From contig QPMI01000148.1 of assembly GCA_004431415.1 (NCBI GenBank), positions 1 through 64,000 of the forward strand: DNA of 64,000 bases. The letters are read 5' to 3'. Origin of the DNA: Cyanophora paradoxa CCMP329. Lineage: Eukaryota > Plantae > Glaucophyta. The stretch's first letter is position 1. Every line of letters starts with the position of its first letter. Below the pieces are notes generated by a model. The model saw only the letters and a list, made by a program, of their open reading frames with translations, did no database searches and had not been told where the DNA came from. A program made the position numbers and the translations under genes. Positions 47,076 through 60,700 of the stretch are shown piece after piece.

Positions 47076-47713
47076 ATGGTGCGACGCCCGCTGCGAACCC
47101 ATGTGCTTCGTGGCGATCTCACGATCCCGCTCCCGCAGGCCGACGACGCGCCCGCTGTGAACCCCAAGGCGTACCCGCTCGCGGACACGCAGCTGACCAA
47201 CAGCATCCTGGATCTTGTCCAGCAGGCTGCCAACTACAAGCAGCTGAAGAAGGGCGCCAACGAGGGTGCGCGAGATCCTCGCGCTCTGGCGTTCGCGAGG
47301 GTCGTCCCGTGATCGCGGGTCACTGCAGCCACCAAGACGCTCAACCGTGGCATTTCGGAGTTCATTATCCTCGCCGCCGATGCGGAGCCGCTCGAGATCC
47401 TTCTGCACCTCCCCCTTCTGTGCGAGGACAAGGTCGGCCCTGGGCACATCGGCGCGGGCCTAGCTCTCGCCGCCCTGACGCACCTCCGCTGCGCAGAACG
47501 TCCCGTACGTCTTCGTTCCGTCGAAGACCGCCCTCGGTCGCGCGTGCGGCGTGTCGCGGCCCGTCATCTCCTGCTCGGTGACGACCAACGAGGGCTCTCA
47601 GCTGAAGAGCCAGATCCAGAGTCTCAAGCTGTCCATCGAGAAGCTCCTCATCGTGCGTTCCTTTTCTTTTCTTATGTGTGCCCTTGCTGCCGCTCCTGAA
47701 CGTGCCGCAGTAA
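47076..47713 (+). CDS. SNU13: SNU13/15.5K (NHP2L1) L7Ae-family snRNP/snoRNP protein, 5 exons
   Basis: [81 protein letters not shown]. The ATG and the TAA are each separated from the body by an intron. Confidence 0.97.
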
Positions 47714-48389
47714 ATGGATGCGTGGGGCGAGGCTCGGACGATTTCCCCCGGCCTCGAAGCTCAGGAGCTGCCGGTCACATGCCTAGGAGCTGCCGGCCGC
47801 TTTCGATCGTCCTTCTCTCCTTGCTTGCTCCTTGTGAGTCCCCGCATCATTCGTGGCGGGCCGTATGAAGACCCGCTCTCCTCTTCCACTTCAGTAGGCG
47901 ACGTCTAGGTAGCTTTAGATTGTAGAGACTTGTGTAGCTAACTCGAATAGTGTGTCCGCTCAACTTTATGATTCCCGTGAACGCGTGTCAAGCACCCAAT
48001 GCCCATCAAGGTCCCCTGGGAGCGAGCCCCGGCCCTGCCGCGGGGCAGCTGCGCGCGTCTGATAGCATTATAGCTTTGTATCTGGATTCGTCGAGGTCGA
48101 CCAGCGCATACGCCGTCAACTGCAGCCGGACGCGGGCCACGCCCGCCAAGCGTACCCCTCAAAGCAGCAACACAAAGCAAGCCAGCATCTTCAGCAGCGT
48201 CAGAGTGCTGTCGCAGAGCTTGCAGCTAGCATAAACAACCCAGATCCAGTCCCTAAGACAGTCCCCCGCGTCAGCTCTCTGCGTGCCCGCCAGACTGCAA
48301 GCCAAGCCATGGAACTCCGGGCTCGGGTTCTCTTCAGCATGAGCTGATCCCTTGTGGCTCCCAAAAGGCCACCCAGCCCCGCAGGCAGC

Positions 48390-50472
48390 ATGGGGGTCGT
48401 CGACGAGGTGGTGTTCCGCGTGTACGGGCCGGCGCCCGAGCGCGCCCCTGTGGACACGCGGAGTAAGCTCTCGCTGCTGCGGAGCCCGCCGCGGGCGCAC
48501 TCCACGGAGCCATTCCCCCTGATCCGGCGCCACGCCAAGCGGCTCGTGCAGCCGCGCTACTCGTCGAGCCTCTCGGACCTCGCGCTTCCGTGGCGGCGGG
48601 CGCAGCTGCCGACGCACCCGGCCTTCTACGACGAGGTCAACGTCGACTGGAAGGCGGGGCTGCGCGAGGGCGGCCCGCGCGAGCCGCCGCTTTCGGTCGC
48701 CCCCATGGTTGCCCAGCCTCCTGTCTCCATCCCGCGCGCCTACCCGCGCATCGCCCCAAGCCCAGCGCTCACGGTGCGCGCCGCGCTCGCCCCGCCCCCT
48801 CTTCCCTCCCGAGACGCCCGCCGACTTCTGGCCGGCCGGCCGGCCGCAGGTCCCGTGCTCGTGCCCGCACGGCGAGCACCACGGGCACGGGCACGCCCGG
48901 GCCGCCCCTCGGCCCCTCGGCGGGCCTTTCAAGGCTGCCGGCTCGCATCCGCACGCCATCGGAGGCGGCGCCGGCGGCGGCGGCGGCGGCGGCGGTACCC
49001 TCGGGCTCCTCCCCCCCGATTCTCCAGTGAAGCCCTTCCACATCGCCCCGGCCCAGGCGCTCCTGGAGGCCCGGCGGCCCGAGACGGGCGGAACGGACGC
49101 GCCTGTACCCCCCGCCGGCCTCCAGGCGCCCCTTCGCCTCGCAGACGCGCTCCTGAGGGCCGACCAGCGCAGCCGGGCCGGGCGCGCCGCGCGGGGGCGG
49201 CGGCGCCCGCCCTCTCCCCCCTCCGCCGCCGACGGGGATCGCCCCGGGACGGGGGGTACCGACATGTCCGGCCTCCTCCGCATCGCGGGGGATCTGGAGA
49301 GCGCGCCCCCTACCCCCCCGCTCCTCCCCCTGGCGCCCCCCGTGGCGCCCGGCGGCTCCCGCTCCCCACCTCCGATCCCCGGCGGTGCCCCCGCCCAGCT
49401 CCACGCCTCCGACCTCGCCGCTTCGGGCGCCGACGCCCGATACGTCGCCCGTACCCTCCGCAAGGTCGCCTCCCCCCCCCCTCTTTTTTTCCGTTTCTGC
49501 GGTATTTGATACCCCGCCGCAGTTCCTGCCCGAGACAGTCTCTGCGGTGGCGCCGCAGGGATCGGCCCTCGCCGCCTCGCGTCTCGCGGACGCGCCGCCG
49601 CCGCCGCCGCCGCATCCGGCCGGGGCGCGCAAGAGCGCGCGGGGCGCCGGATCGAATGCGGGCGCCGGCGGCTCCTCGCGGAGGGGCGGAGGGCCCGGGC
49701 ACGGCATCCAGTCCAGCGGGAGCCTCTTGGCCCTGGGCCTCCAGATCGCGGAGAGCGTCGCGGCGAGGGCGGCCGAAGAGGCACGGGACGCGGCGCTGCT
49801 CGCGGGGCGCGAGGGCGGCGCCGGCGAGGGCGGCGGCGACGGAGAGCACATGGGCGACCTGCTCGTGGGCCGAGTGGGGCGCGTCAACGTCGCCCAGCGG
49901 GACAAGAAGGGGAAGCGGGACAAGAACCGGCCCAAGGGCGCGCTGCTGCTGCGGACGGCGAACGATCAGGAGAGCGGTCTCCCGACGGACATCGACGACT
50001 TCTTCTCGCAGATCGCCGACATGGCTCTGAAGGACGAAAAGGTCGTCGAGCGCGTCCGCGACCGGTGCGCGATTGAGATAAATAATATTTCGAATTCGAT
50101 CTGGTTCTGTACCCCCCTTCCTCCTCCTCGCTTTCTGACGCTTCTGGGGGGTACCGCCAGGATCGTGAACATCCTGGCCGACGCCCTCATGCGGGGGAAC
50201 CAGGAGGACTTCCTCTCCTTCTACGGTACCCCCCGCTCTCAACTCCACCCCCCGTCTCTTTTTTTCTCCCTCTGACGCGCCTGCACCCCCCCTCCCCTCC
50301 CTCCCCCTCAGACCGCATCCCGGTCGCTTTTACGCAGGCGGACTTGGACAATATGAAGCACCGGGCGTGGAAAATCGTCGAGCAGAAGGGGCGCGTGTGG
50401 GGAGACGGCGGCGCCGGCTCCGGCGCTGGCGCTGGCGCCGCCCAACCCGCGGGCGCGGCAGCGCGAAAATGA
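48390..50472 (+). CDS. Hypothetical multi-exon protein; start uncertain
   Basis: Coding-like exons (..PAFYDEVNVDWK..; ..DIDDFFSQIADMALKDEKVVER/IVNILADALMRGNQEDFLSFY/DRIPVAFTQADL..) separated by host-type introns; stop at 50472. Confidence 0.6.
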
Positions 50473-51227
50473 CACGTGAGCTTAAGCTACTATTCGAATT
50501 CGTAGTTAGCGTCGAACTCTATTATTATTCAGGATCCGTACTATAAGAGATCGAATACTTGTCCACCCCATGCATGCACAAGCTCGCGTTCGGCCCGGGG
50601 CAGCGACACTTCAAGTGTAGAGATCGTTTAATTCCGCTATTTATACTTCAAGAGCACGATATCCACTATAGCTATAGATAAGCGAATTAATAGTGATGCA
50701 GGCAATAATTGAATGTAGGACTACAGTACTAGGTTAAATCGTAAGAAAAGAAGTGATAAATCTAATTTCGAAGCTGAAATATACATCGAAGGCCCTGAGG
50801 GGTTCTCGACAGGGACGGGGCGCGCGCGGCATGTACAATACAGTCATTGAATGAAGGGAAGCGAGCACTATAGAGCTGTATACTAAGCACAGCGCATATA
50901 CGTATACCTATATATATATATATATCCAGCGCATCTACTAATACTGTTGATCACGAGGAAAATTGAGTTCCGAGCGCGAAGGGTTCGCACACACATTCAT
51001 ATTGAATGTCGAAACTCGGATCAAACACGTTCAAGGGGGCGGGGAAGACCCCCGGACGGTCCGGTACAAATGCATACGTGCATACGAAAACTGAATAACT
51101 TAGATGTACGTATACCAGTACTATTACTACTAGATTCGAATATATGCCCGAAGAGAAACCGGAAGCGAATGAAGCGAATTTAATATGAATTCAAAGTCGA
51201 GAACCGCCGCGCCGCCGGGCCTTCTGA

Positions 51228-52390
51228 TCAGAAGGACGCGGAAACAATCGGGTTGAGGGTGCCGAGGGGCGGCGCGTGCCCGTGGACGCTTCCGGGGGTA
51301 CCGTTCTTGAACTGGGGCAGGGGTACGGCGGGCGAGGCGGGGAGGCGGCCGAGGCGGCGGAGGAGGCGGGAGCGGGCGGGGCGGGAGGGTACGGTGTCGA
51401 CGGAGGCGCGGCGGGGTACGGATGCCTCGCGGGCTTCCCGTTCGCGATCGCGCTCCTGCTCCTCGCGATCGCGATCGCGATCGTCCTCCCCGTTGCTGCT
51501 ACCCCCGCCGCTGCTGCCGCTGCTCGGGTCCTCCGGGGGCGGCGAGGGCGGCTTGGAATTGGAGGAAGTGGGGTAGGGCGAGCCCGAGCGCAGCGGCGGC
51601 AGGCGGTCGCGATCGAACGAGGCCGGTCGCTTCGAGGGCGCGGGGAAGGAGGCCGGCGCCTTTCGGGGCGGGGGCGTCGCCACGCGCCGCGGCCCGCCTT
51701 GGGACCCAGCCGAACTGGAGGTCTCTGCAGCGGGCGTCGCTGGCCGCAGGCAGGGCGCTGACGCCGGGGCGTAGATCATCGAGCCGCCCATCGCTTCCTG
51801 CAAGGGGCAGCGGTCAAGCGTGGCCAAGGCGAGCGGGGTAGCTATAGATAGAGCGCAGGGAAATTGGCGTGTAAATCGTTGAATTAAAATTAAAGAGCGA
51901 ACCGCCTGGCGTCGGACGCAGTTAGCGATGGCGAGCCGGCGGAGGGATCGGCAGCCGGACGAGAGGTCAGCCAGCAGTAGCGCTATCGGATCAGCGTTGG
52001 ACCCTCCCGCGGCCGCGGCTGCTAGCGCTGCTGCTGCTGTCTCCTTCTTCGAATTCGCTGTCGGCGCCGCCGCCGCCGGCGGCGGCGGCGCAGGCTTGCG
52101 GGGCACGATGCAGGCGCCCAGCGCGACTTCGTGCCACTCGCGGAGGCGCCTCGAGCTCGAGCCGGCGCTGTCCTCGATCGTGAGGGAGGACGCCACGTGC
52201 CTTAGGAACGCGACCAAGTCCGAATTGATCTCGGACGCGCCGCTCCAGAAGCTGGCGAGGGAGACGAGGGACTGCCGGAACCACTCGCGCGTGACCCCGC
52301 GCTCGTTCCCCTTGCGGTCCACGTCAAAATCGACCTCGCCGATCTTCGAGCACTCGGCCAGATCCCAACTCGTCCTAAGAGACCGGTACA
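51228..52390 (-). pseudogene. Hypothetical gene or gene fragment
   Basis: 364-aa ORF with a coding-like N-part (GEVDFDVDRKGNERGVTREWF..) and a low-complexity tail; no family recognised. Confidence 0.35.
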
Positions 52391-55300
52391 GAGCGCTGCG
52401 CGCGCGCGAGGGATAGATCTAGATTAGATAAACAGGAAGGTGACGGACTCGGAAATATATATAACAGCAAGCAAGACACTCAATATAAACATATATAATT
52501 ACCGGTGAAAGCGCAGGTACATTTCTTTGTTCAGAGCTGTCGCGTCCCGGCTTCCAGAGGCGCAGAGCCAGAGCTGCAGGGGGCGCCGTTAGCGAGGCTC
52601 TAAATCTGGGAGGCACTAGTACTAAACATTCTCATGATCATATAATCAGACGCACCATGTCCAACAACTTGACCACCTCTGCGATGGGAGACATAGGAAC
52701 GGCCGAGGAGCTTGAGCCGGGGATCGGCCCAGCGACGGCGGCAGCAGAGGAGGCTGCCTTCGGGTATTCAACGTCGCAAGCCATGGCTCGAGCTCGGCCG
52801 GCCGCGGGACACACAACTGAACTGAGAGGGAGGTGCTTCGCTCGCTGCCACGTGCACAGCTGCCGCCGTATACGTACTAGCGCGACGCTGGGATGTCGGC
52901 AACGCTTCTTCCTGTGCTCAACGCGCTTCTCGAGCTCGAATCCGTCCCAACAAAAGACGGCCGCCGGATATACTGCCGAACTGGTCGGATTTACAGCCTG
53001 GCAGCCGCACGCGCGCAATGCGCACGGTACGCGTATACGTATACGCGGTCCCGGAGTCCTGGAGCTCGCTACACTTCGGAGACCGGCGGGAAGGCCGGCG
53101 AGAATCCGAATAGCGATGAAAGAGCTAGCGCTGCTGACTCAGTGCTGAGCCGACGTGTACGGCCGCGCCCACCGTCGAAGCTTAAGACGTGGCAATTGCA
53201 ATTGCCGCTTAAGAAGCCTGCAAGTTAGGCTGCAAGCCTGCAACCCGGCGGCTCGACTCGGACTCGGCGAGCATGCGCTGGCAGGCTCGGTCACAGCCTT
53301 GGTACCGGTGTTGCTCGGAGCATGCGCCGGCGCAGCGCCGCTTCTGCGCATGCGCAGCGAGAGTTGATGAGCTCCGACCGGGTACAGCGTATACGTCGCG
53401 CGTTCCTAGTAACGGCGGTACCGGTCCGTCGGCGGACTGTGTAAGTTAACAGTGTAACGTATAACGGCGGACGCCGGACCGTCGGACACTGCGGACAGTC
53501 GATCGTCGTCGACTCGTCGTCGACTCGACGACGAGTCCGACGAGTCGACGTCGAGTCGTCCGGTCAACCGACGATCGCGACCGGTACCGCGGTCCGCGGC
53601 CGCGGTCCGCGGAGGCTCGATTAATATAATTTGTAATGGAATCAGGCATGATCTGCCTCCGAGGCTCCGAGTCCGAGGCTCCGAGCGGACGTACCGAGCC
53701 TCAGAGGAATCATGCGCATGCGCATGCAAGCCATTGCAACTTGCAAGGATGCGCGGAGTCGCCGCGGAGCACGAGTTTTTTTATGATCTGGCGGCTTGAA
53801 CCCCATAACTTCCAAGCCTAAATTGAAGTATACCGGCTCCAAGCCGCATTGTGGGTACGTATATACGTATACAGGCAGGCAGCATGGCGCATGGCCCATG
53901 CATATGGCCATGGCCAGTACGTTCGACGCGTATACGTACGATCACAATCAGTGAATTGATATCGATCATGAGCTAGGAGCCAAAGACAAGCTTAAGTGAC
54001 CCGGCCCAGCCTGCATGCGCAGCTGCGCATGCCTGACTGCATGCACAGTTGTAAATTAAACTTGAGATGTGTCACACTGTGGAATGTATACGTATACGTA
54101 CGTGCACGTGCCGCAGTGCCACGGTGTGTCACATGAGTCATGCACTGCGGCACACTGTGTGACAGGCCCTGAGGACCCCCGTGTATCTAGTCGTGTCGGC
54201 TTGAAGGCAAGTCGGAGCCTCGGCCTTCCCACGCTGCCATGGCCAGGCTGTTCGGAGCTCATGATCAAGCCGACGTTTAAAATTTAAACAAACTTAAGAA
54301 GGCGCCGGCGGCGCCGGCCGCCGCACTGAGATTGAGTGACTGAATCGAATTTTTTGTTCCACATTCAAGAAGAAAACAACGCGGTGATGAAGGTTTCGCA
54401 AAAATTAAAACTCAAAGGGCTTTGATTCAAATCAATGCGCGTGTTCGTAACGAGAAGACTCGGAACGTTTGAACTTCCTTAATCGAGGCTCCGAGGCAGC
54501 GGCGAGGCTGTCCGAGCCAGTGATGAGTCTCTAATTTATAATACAAAATAATACTCATTTATATAATTATTATAATAAACATTACTGTAATAGTCCCAGG
54601 GCGGCAGTTATTGATAACAATAAAATAACCGGGGGGGATACAGGCTACAAACACTCTAAACGCTGCGTAATTCATGCTTAGCAACGCCTACGTCAAAAAG
54701 AAACGAAGCGCAGCAAGCTATAAGAGTCGTACAGCATCTTTGGCGTTCCGGCAGGTCGCCCGCCCGCCCGTCCAGCCACGGGGGTACAGTGGGTACGGCG
54801 CCTCCCTCTGGTGAATTCGAAACCACGGGAATTTAGATGTCTGCATTCTGAAATCCACAGTATAATAGCTTAGGCGATGTTCTTATCCCTTTTCTAACGT
54901 TTTCGAGCTGTACTGTGAGGTGCGGGGCCCCGGGGTGCCCTCTCTATGGAGCGTTATTTATAATACGCTAATCGTTATAATAATATTATATAACGTTAGT
55001 GTAATATTATAATAAAAGTGCGGATTTTGGTCTAATCTGTAATCCGATCACTGGTCCGAGCTCGAGCGCTCGTAATAGACTAATGGTTCAAACGCTAAGT
55101 TAATCGAATTCGAATCTATGATGTAACATTGATGTTTCTGCTCATGTCATGAACCTAATGATTGTCATCCATGAATGACCATGATGTACATGTTAGACTC
55201 ATGTATAAGGCTCATGATCGCCGCTTATCCTTGTTCTTGTTTTTTGTTTGACTCTCGGAGATTCGAGCTTGCAGATCGGCTCGAGCTCTCGAGCTAGCGC

Positions 55301-57139
55301 CTCTCGGAGCATGCGAATCGCCGCGGCCTTCGCAGTGTGGGGTGGAAGTGACCCGTTGTGACGGGACGCGTCCATTCACACGAGCTATCAGCAAACTTGA
55401 AAAAGCTACTTGCAAAAAATTACATCTGCGTGCGCGCCGTATACGTACGCGTACGCGGCAGCGTGGGGCAGATCTATATAGCTAGCGATGCAATTGAATA
55501 TATAAAGAGTCTCTAGATCTATGCGAGCACGCCCGCAGCGCTACGGCCCTACCGTAGGCGGGCACCGCGGCACGCCGCACGCACTGTACATGTGGCACTG
55601 CAGCTGCAGGGCCCTCGAGCTCACGCTGCCAGAAGGCTTCAAAACGCATTAATGTGGGGGTCCGGGTCCAAAAACGCATTACTTACCGGCGCATTACTTA
55701 AGTGTTTTACGGTACCGGAGGCGGGCACGTGCACGCACCGTGGCACTGCAGGGCCGCCGGGCCAGTGCAGGCGTTGGCGTTGGCTGGTGTGACGAACTTG
55801 AAGCAGCTCCTGCGCAAGCGATCGCCGGTCAGAATTAATTATGTTGGACGTTTTCTTTATATAATTATCTTCATGAACAGTCGACCTTGGGGGAAGGAAG
55901 GCCCTTCGGTCCAACGGTACGTAATTAACTACCACGTATATATACGTATACTGGTCGGCTGCAGCTGGTAAGCAGTGTACTAAGCACTGCTAAGCAGTCA
56001 CTGAGTGGTAACTTCTCACAGAAAAATTCAAAATGCGAAATTCGTATGAATATTAATTAAGACACGTAGCATTTTGACGGTAGCAGTACTAGTGGTACCG
56101 GCCGCGATAGGCACTGGTACTACGGTAGCACGTGTACCAGTGTACGTATCATCTTCTCTAAACAGTCAGATCATATGCATCACTGAGTCATTTTGTATTC
56201 GGGCTGCATGCATATGCATGCGCAGCTATACTAGCTATAGTATCTGCTGCCTGGGAGAGCCTCGGAGTCTTAGAGTCGGAGAGCTGCATGCGCAGCTGCT
56301 AATTATAATCATGATCATGATTTATGATACATTCGCGCGTGCTTCCGGCCGCGGGGAATCCGAGATTTTCAGAACGTATACACACCAGCGAATTTATTTT
56401 TTCTACGGTGCAAAAGAGATGGCGTTCGTACGTTCAGCCCTCAGTCACTGAGTGAGCACTTCTACTGCCTCTAGTACATAATAGAGTCTATAGCTAGCTC
56501 ACACCTCGATAACTGCGCAAGCCGCTCTGTGTTCGGAAGCCTTGAAGTTCGGAACATGAATCGGATCCGATGATCTACGCATGCTGATCATGATCATGCA
56601 TATGAGCCGCACTGCGGCACTACGGCACTGCGGAACTCGGAAGCTCATTGATGCCATGATGTAAGCTTAAGCGCTCAGCGTGCGGCCGTAGCTAGCTGTA
56701 GCCGCGGTCGGTGATCATGACAAACTTCGAATTCGGAAGTTAAAAAAATCGCGATTGCGCTTCTTCTTTAACTAAACATGTACATAAGAAATCGTAGATC
56801 GTGGTTCATATGCCAGCTGCAGCAGACCAGATGTAGCTAAACTACACGGCGCGCGACTCGGCGATCAACCAGGAGGCGAGGTAATTATAAATATACTAGC
56901 AGACCGCGCCCGGCCCTGTGCAAGAGTGGCAAGTGCGGGCCACGCGCGGAGGTGCAAGGGGGGGTACTGGTACACATTGCAGGGTACTTAGGGTGGGAGG
57001 GGGGGGGGCGGAAGGGGGGGAGGGGGGAGGGGCAGAGAGGCAAGGCTGGCTGCCGGGCGAGGCGGGCGGGGTGGCGAGGCGGGCAGGTGGGGTGGCGTCG
57101 CGGGCGGCGGGACCGGGCAGGCAGGCAGGCGAAGGCGGC

Positions 57140-57795
57140 GGCGGGCAGGGAAGCGGGCGGAGGGGCAGGTGGCGCCGGGCCCTGCGCATAGCCTGCACAT
57201 ACGCAGAGCCGAGGCGTCAGCTCGCCCCGGACAGCGGCCGTGCGGGGGCGGGGCCCAGCGGGGGCGGCCGGGCCAGGTGCGCGGCAGCAGCGGCGGAGCG
57301 AACCTGGAGTCGACGACGCTGGAGCAGCCGGCAAGCCTAGGGCGCCGGCGGCGGGCGGGGAAGCGGGCGGAGGGGCAGGTGGCGCCGGGCCCTGCGCATA
57401 GCCTGCACATACGCAGAGCCGAGGCGTCAGCTCGCCCCGGACAGCGGCCGTGCGGGGGCGGGGCCCAGCGGGGGCGGCCGGGCCAGGTGCGCGGCAGCAG
57501 CGGCGGAGCGAACCTGGAGTCGACGACGCTGGAGCAGCCGGCAAGCCTAGGGCGCCGGCGGCGGGCGGGGAAGCGGGCGGAGGGGCAGGTGGCGCCGGGC
57601 CCTGCGCATAGCCTGCACATACGCAGAGCCGAGGCGTCAGCTCGCCCCGGAAAGCGGCCGTGCGGGGGCGGGGCCCAGCGGGGGCGTCCGGGCCAGGTGC
57701 GCGGCAGCAGCGGCGGAGCGAACCTGGAGTCGACGACGCTGAAGCAACCGGCAGGGCGGCGGGCGGGGAAGCGAGCGGAGGGGCAGGTGGCCTAG
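57140..57795. repeat. Tandem repeat, 210-bp unit x ~3.1
   Basis: AAGCGGGCGGAGGGGCAGGTGGCGCCGGGCCC recurs at 57151, 57361 and 57571; units near-identical. Confidence 0.95.
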
Positions 57796-60700
57796 GGCCT
57801 AGGGCCTAGGGCCGAGGCGCCAGCGCGCTCTGGAGAGCGGCGGCGCGGGGGCGAGGCCCAGTGGCGCCGGCTAGCTCGGCCCATGGCCAGCTGCAGCTGC
57901 AGCGAATACTGCGGGCGCTGGGGCGCTGGCCGCGGGTCAAGACACGCGCGCGTGGCGTTGAGGGCTAGCTATCTAGGCCTAGGCGTTCACTCGTACGCGT
58001 GCGAGGCCTAGGCAGCCCGCCGCGGCGCGGCTAGGCTGCGCCGTACTTGCAATTGCTCACCGGCATGACAGCTCATTGTGACTGCGCTTGAGGGTCTAGA
58101 CATATCGATATCGATATCTAAATCTTAGCTGGAGTCTGCTTGAACCGGAGTTCGTCAGAAACCGAGAGCGAAGCTTAAGGCGGAACGCCGCGGCCCGAGC
58201 TCGAGGCCGCAGCCGGAATTCGAAGCGCACCGGAACGCGGCGTCGCGAGCAGAGCTGCGCATGCGAGCTCGTGCACATGTAACAGCTGCTTCGCTTCTTC
58301 GCTTGCCATGGCCACCTGCTCCATTCCCCCCTGCTCCATTCCCCCCTGCTCCATTCCCCCCTGCTCCAGCTTGAAGCACGGGTACTGCAACACGATATCG
58401 GCCGAAACTCTCGGGAGCGCTTTTTTTCGGCGCCCGGTACAACAGGTACTTGAGGCGGCCTAGCGCGCGACGCGCCGCTTCTCGAGCCAAGGCATGTATG
58501 ACAGAGTTTGTAGAGCGCATTTAGAGCAATCAGGAGCACGTGGTTTGGCGCATATAGCAATAGCAGGTGAGGAGCGGCTTCGACATGTTTGCGCAGCCCC
58601 GCCGGCGCCATTGCATTTTTTTCCGCCGCTCGCAGCGGCTATGGTGCGATCACACCTGGGGGGGGGGGGGGCTACGTCGGGAGGAGACTCTCGACACCAC
58701 CTACCTACTACTTCACCATACCTAGTCCTCGAGAAACTTACCTGATCTACTCTTAGCCTCGCACACACTAGATATAGCCGCCCCGACCGACTCGCTGGGC
58801 CCGCCCAAGCGAGCGCCTGCCTTGCCTCCCTCTCCCGCTCTGCCTCCCGCTCGCTCTCTTGGCCCTGCCTCCCATTCACGACCTCGCCCGCGCTCCTCGC
58901 GCCTCGACAGGGAGGGAACGATGGATCGGAAGGCTTGGCGGAAGGCTTCGGCTGGTCGTTGCACCCACCAGATACCCGGCCATCGTGCCAGGACCGTGGG
59001 TTGAAGGACCGCCGCGGAGGGGGGCTCGCAATTGCCCGCGGCGGGGGTGCGGCGGCTGGTTCGAGGCTGGAAGCCCTGCTGACCGAGAAATCCGACCCTC
59101 CCCTCCCCGCCACGGCCGGCGCCGACCTTCTCCGTCCCGCCCCACTTCTTCCCCGCAACGTCCCCCTCGCCTCATTCCCCTCGGCCCCTCTACGCCGACG
59201 TGCTTCCACCCGCGCTTCGGGCGAGCGGCCCCTCGACGCGGAGCCCGCCGCGCTAGCTGTAGTCGCGGCCGCGTCGAGAGTAGGCAGATTAGACCGCGGG
59301 TCCGTCCTGGCTTTCCTACCGTACAGTAGAACAGCCCGCGAGCTCCGGACGTCCCGACGGTCCCTAGGCAGGCAGCACTAGCAGTAGTAGTGTTTTAATT
59401 TACCTCCCTCTCGTAGACCCTGGGTAGTCCTCTCGGTAGCCTAGTCCTAAGCTAGGCTAGATGTATAGGTAGTAGCTCTCTGCTCTGGGTTAGCTTTGCT
59501 TTAGTTTACGTCTCCTTGACTAGCTCCACCCTGTCCGATGGCTGATAGGTTCCCTACCCGGCGTAACCAGTAGGCTCATCTTTCGACTTGACACTTTACG
59601 GACTCCTCAGTTCTATCATTAGCCGTATTGTCTCGGTGTGTGCGAATTCACTAATGGGTGCGATCACACCTATACGAGAGTGCATGCAAAGAATCTCATC
59701 TTACAAAAATTGCTAACACAGAAAGTACGCCGCACCAATTCACCAGGGGAGCAAGGGAGGGGGTACCCCCCCTTGCAATAACGGAAGGGGCGGACGGCCA
59801 CGGGGATGAAGAGGGAGGGTGCTCGAGGGAAGGGGGAGGACGGGGGCGGGACGGGGCCGGGGGAGAGGGGGGCGGCCGCGGTCCGAACGGGGGGGAGGGG
59901 CGGGGGAGGGGGCAATTGTAATACAAAGTACATGGCGCTGCTACTAGTTCTAGTACTAGAACTAATCGTAAGCGAGATCCGTCGGAAGGCAGGCGGGCGA
60001 AGCTCGAGCTCAGCTCGAGTCGCTGGCTCATATGAATGATCACGATCACCATCATCGCGATCGAGTTACTAAGAGGAGAGGGAGGCGCGGCGGGGCCGCC
60101 CCAGGACAGGGCCCGCGGGGGCGCTGGAGGCGGAGGCCATGGAGGGGCGGTCCCGCAGGATAGAGGCGGACGTGAGTAGCGGGGCGTTGGCGCGCCGCGG
60201 GCGGATGATCTGCGGAGCGGGAGGGGAGGGGAAGGGAGGGGAGGGGGCGGCCGTGAGTCAGGTCCCAGCGGGAGCGGGAGCGGCGCTGGGGTTGGGTGGA
60301 AGGGTAATGAGCGGGGGTGGCATGGGTGGTGCGGAATAAGGGGGTGGAGGTGGAGGGGATAAGAACGAAGGTAGAAGGGGGGGGGGGGGGGCAAGGGGCG
60401 CGAAGAGAGGTGGGGGGGGGGGGGGGGGGGATATAGAGCCTGCATGCTTAGGGTGACGAGCCGGAGGGGGACGGGGGAACCTTTTTTCCGAGAGCGCTAT
60501 GAATAGCTAACTGGGGAGCTCCCTCCTAGCCAAGCCTCTAACGGCCCCCTAGGCAAGGGCGCGTGGGAAGGGACCGGGGGCCGGCGGGAGAAAGGGAGGG
60601 AGGGGGGGAGCGGGGGATAGGGAGAAAGGAGGCAATCGCAAAATTATCAATTGCAAGGACGGGGACCTTCTTTTCGGAAGCTGGAGAAGGGGAAAAGGAG

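Noticed and set aside
58640-58660. 5S rRNA start (GGTGCGATCACACC)
   Set aside because: Similarity stops after ~14 nt; no internal 5S boxes or 3' stem.
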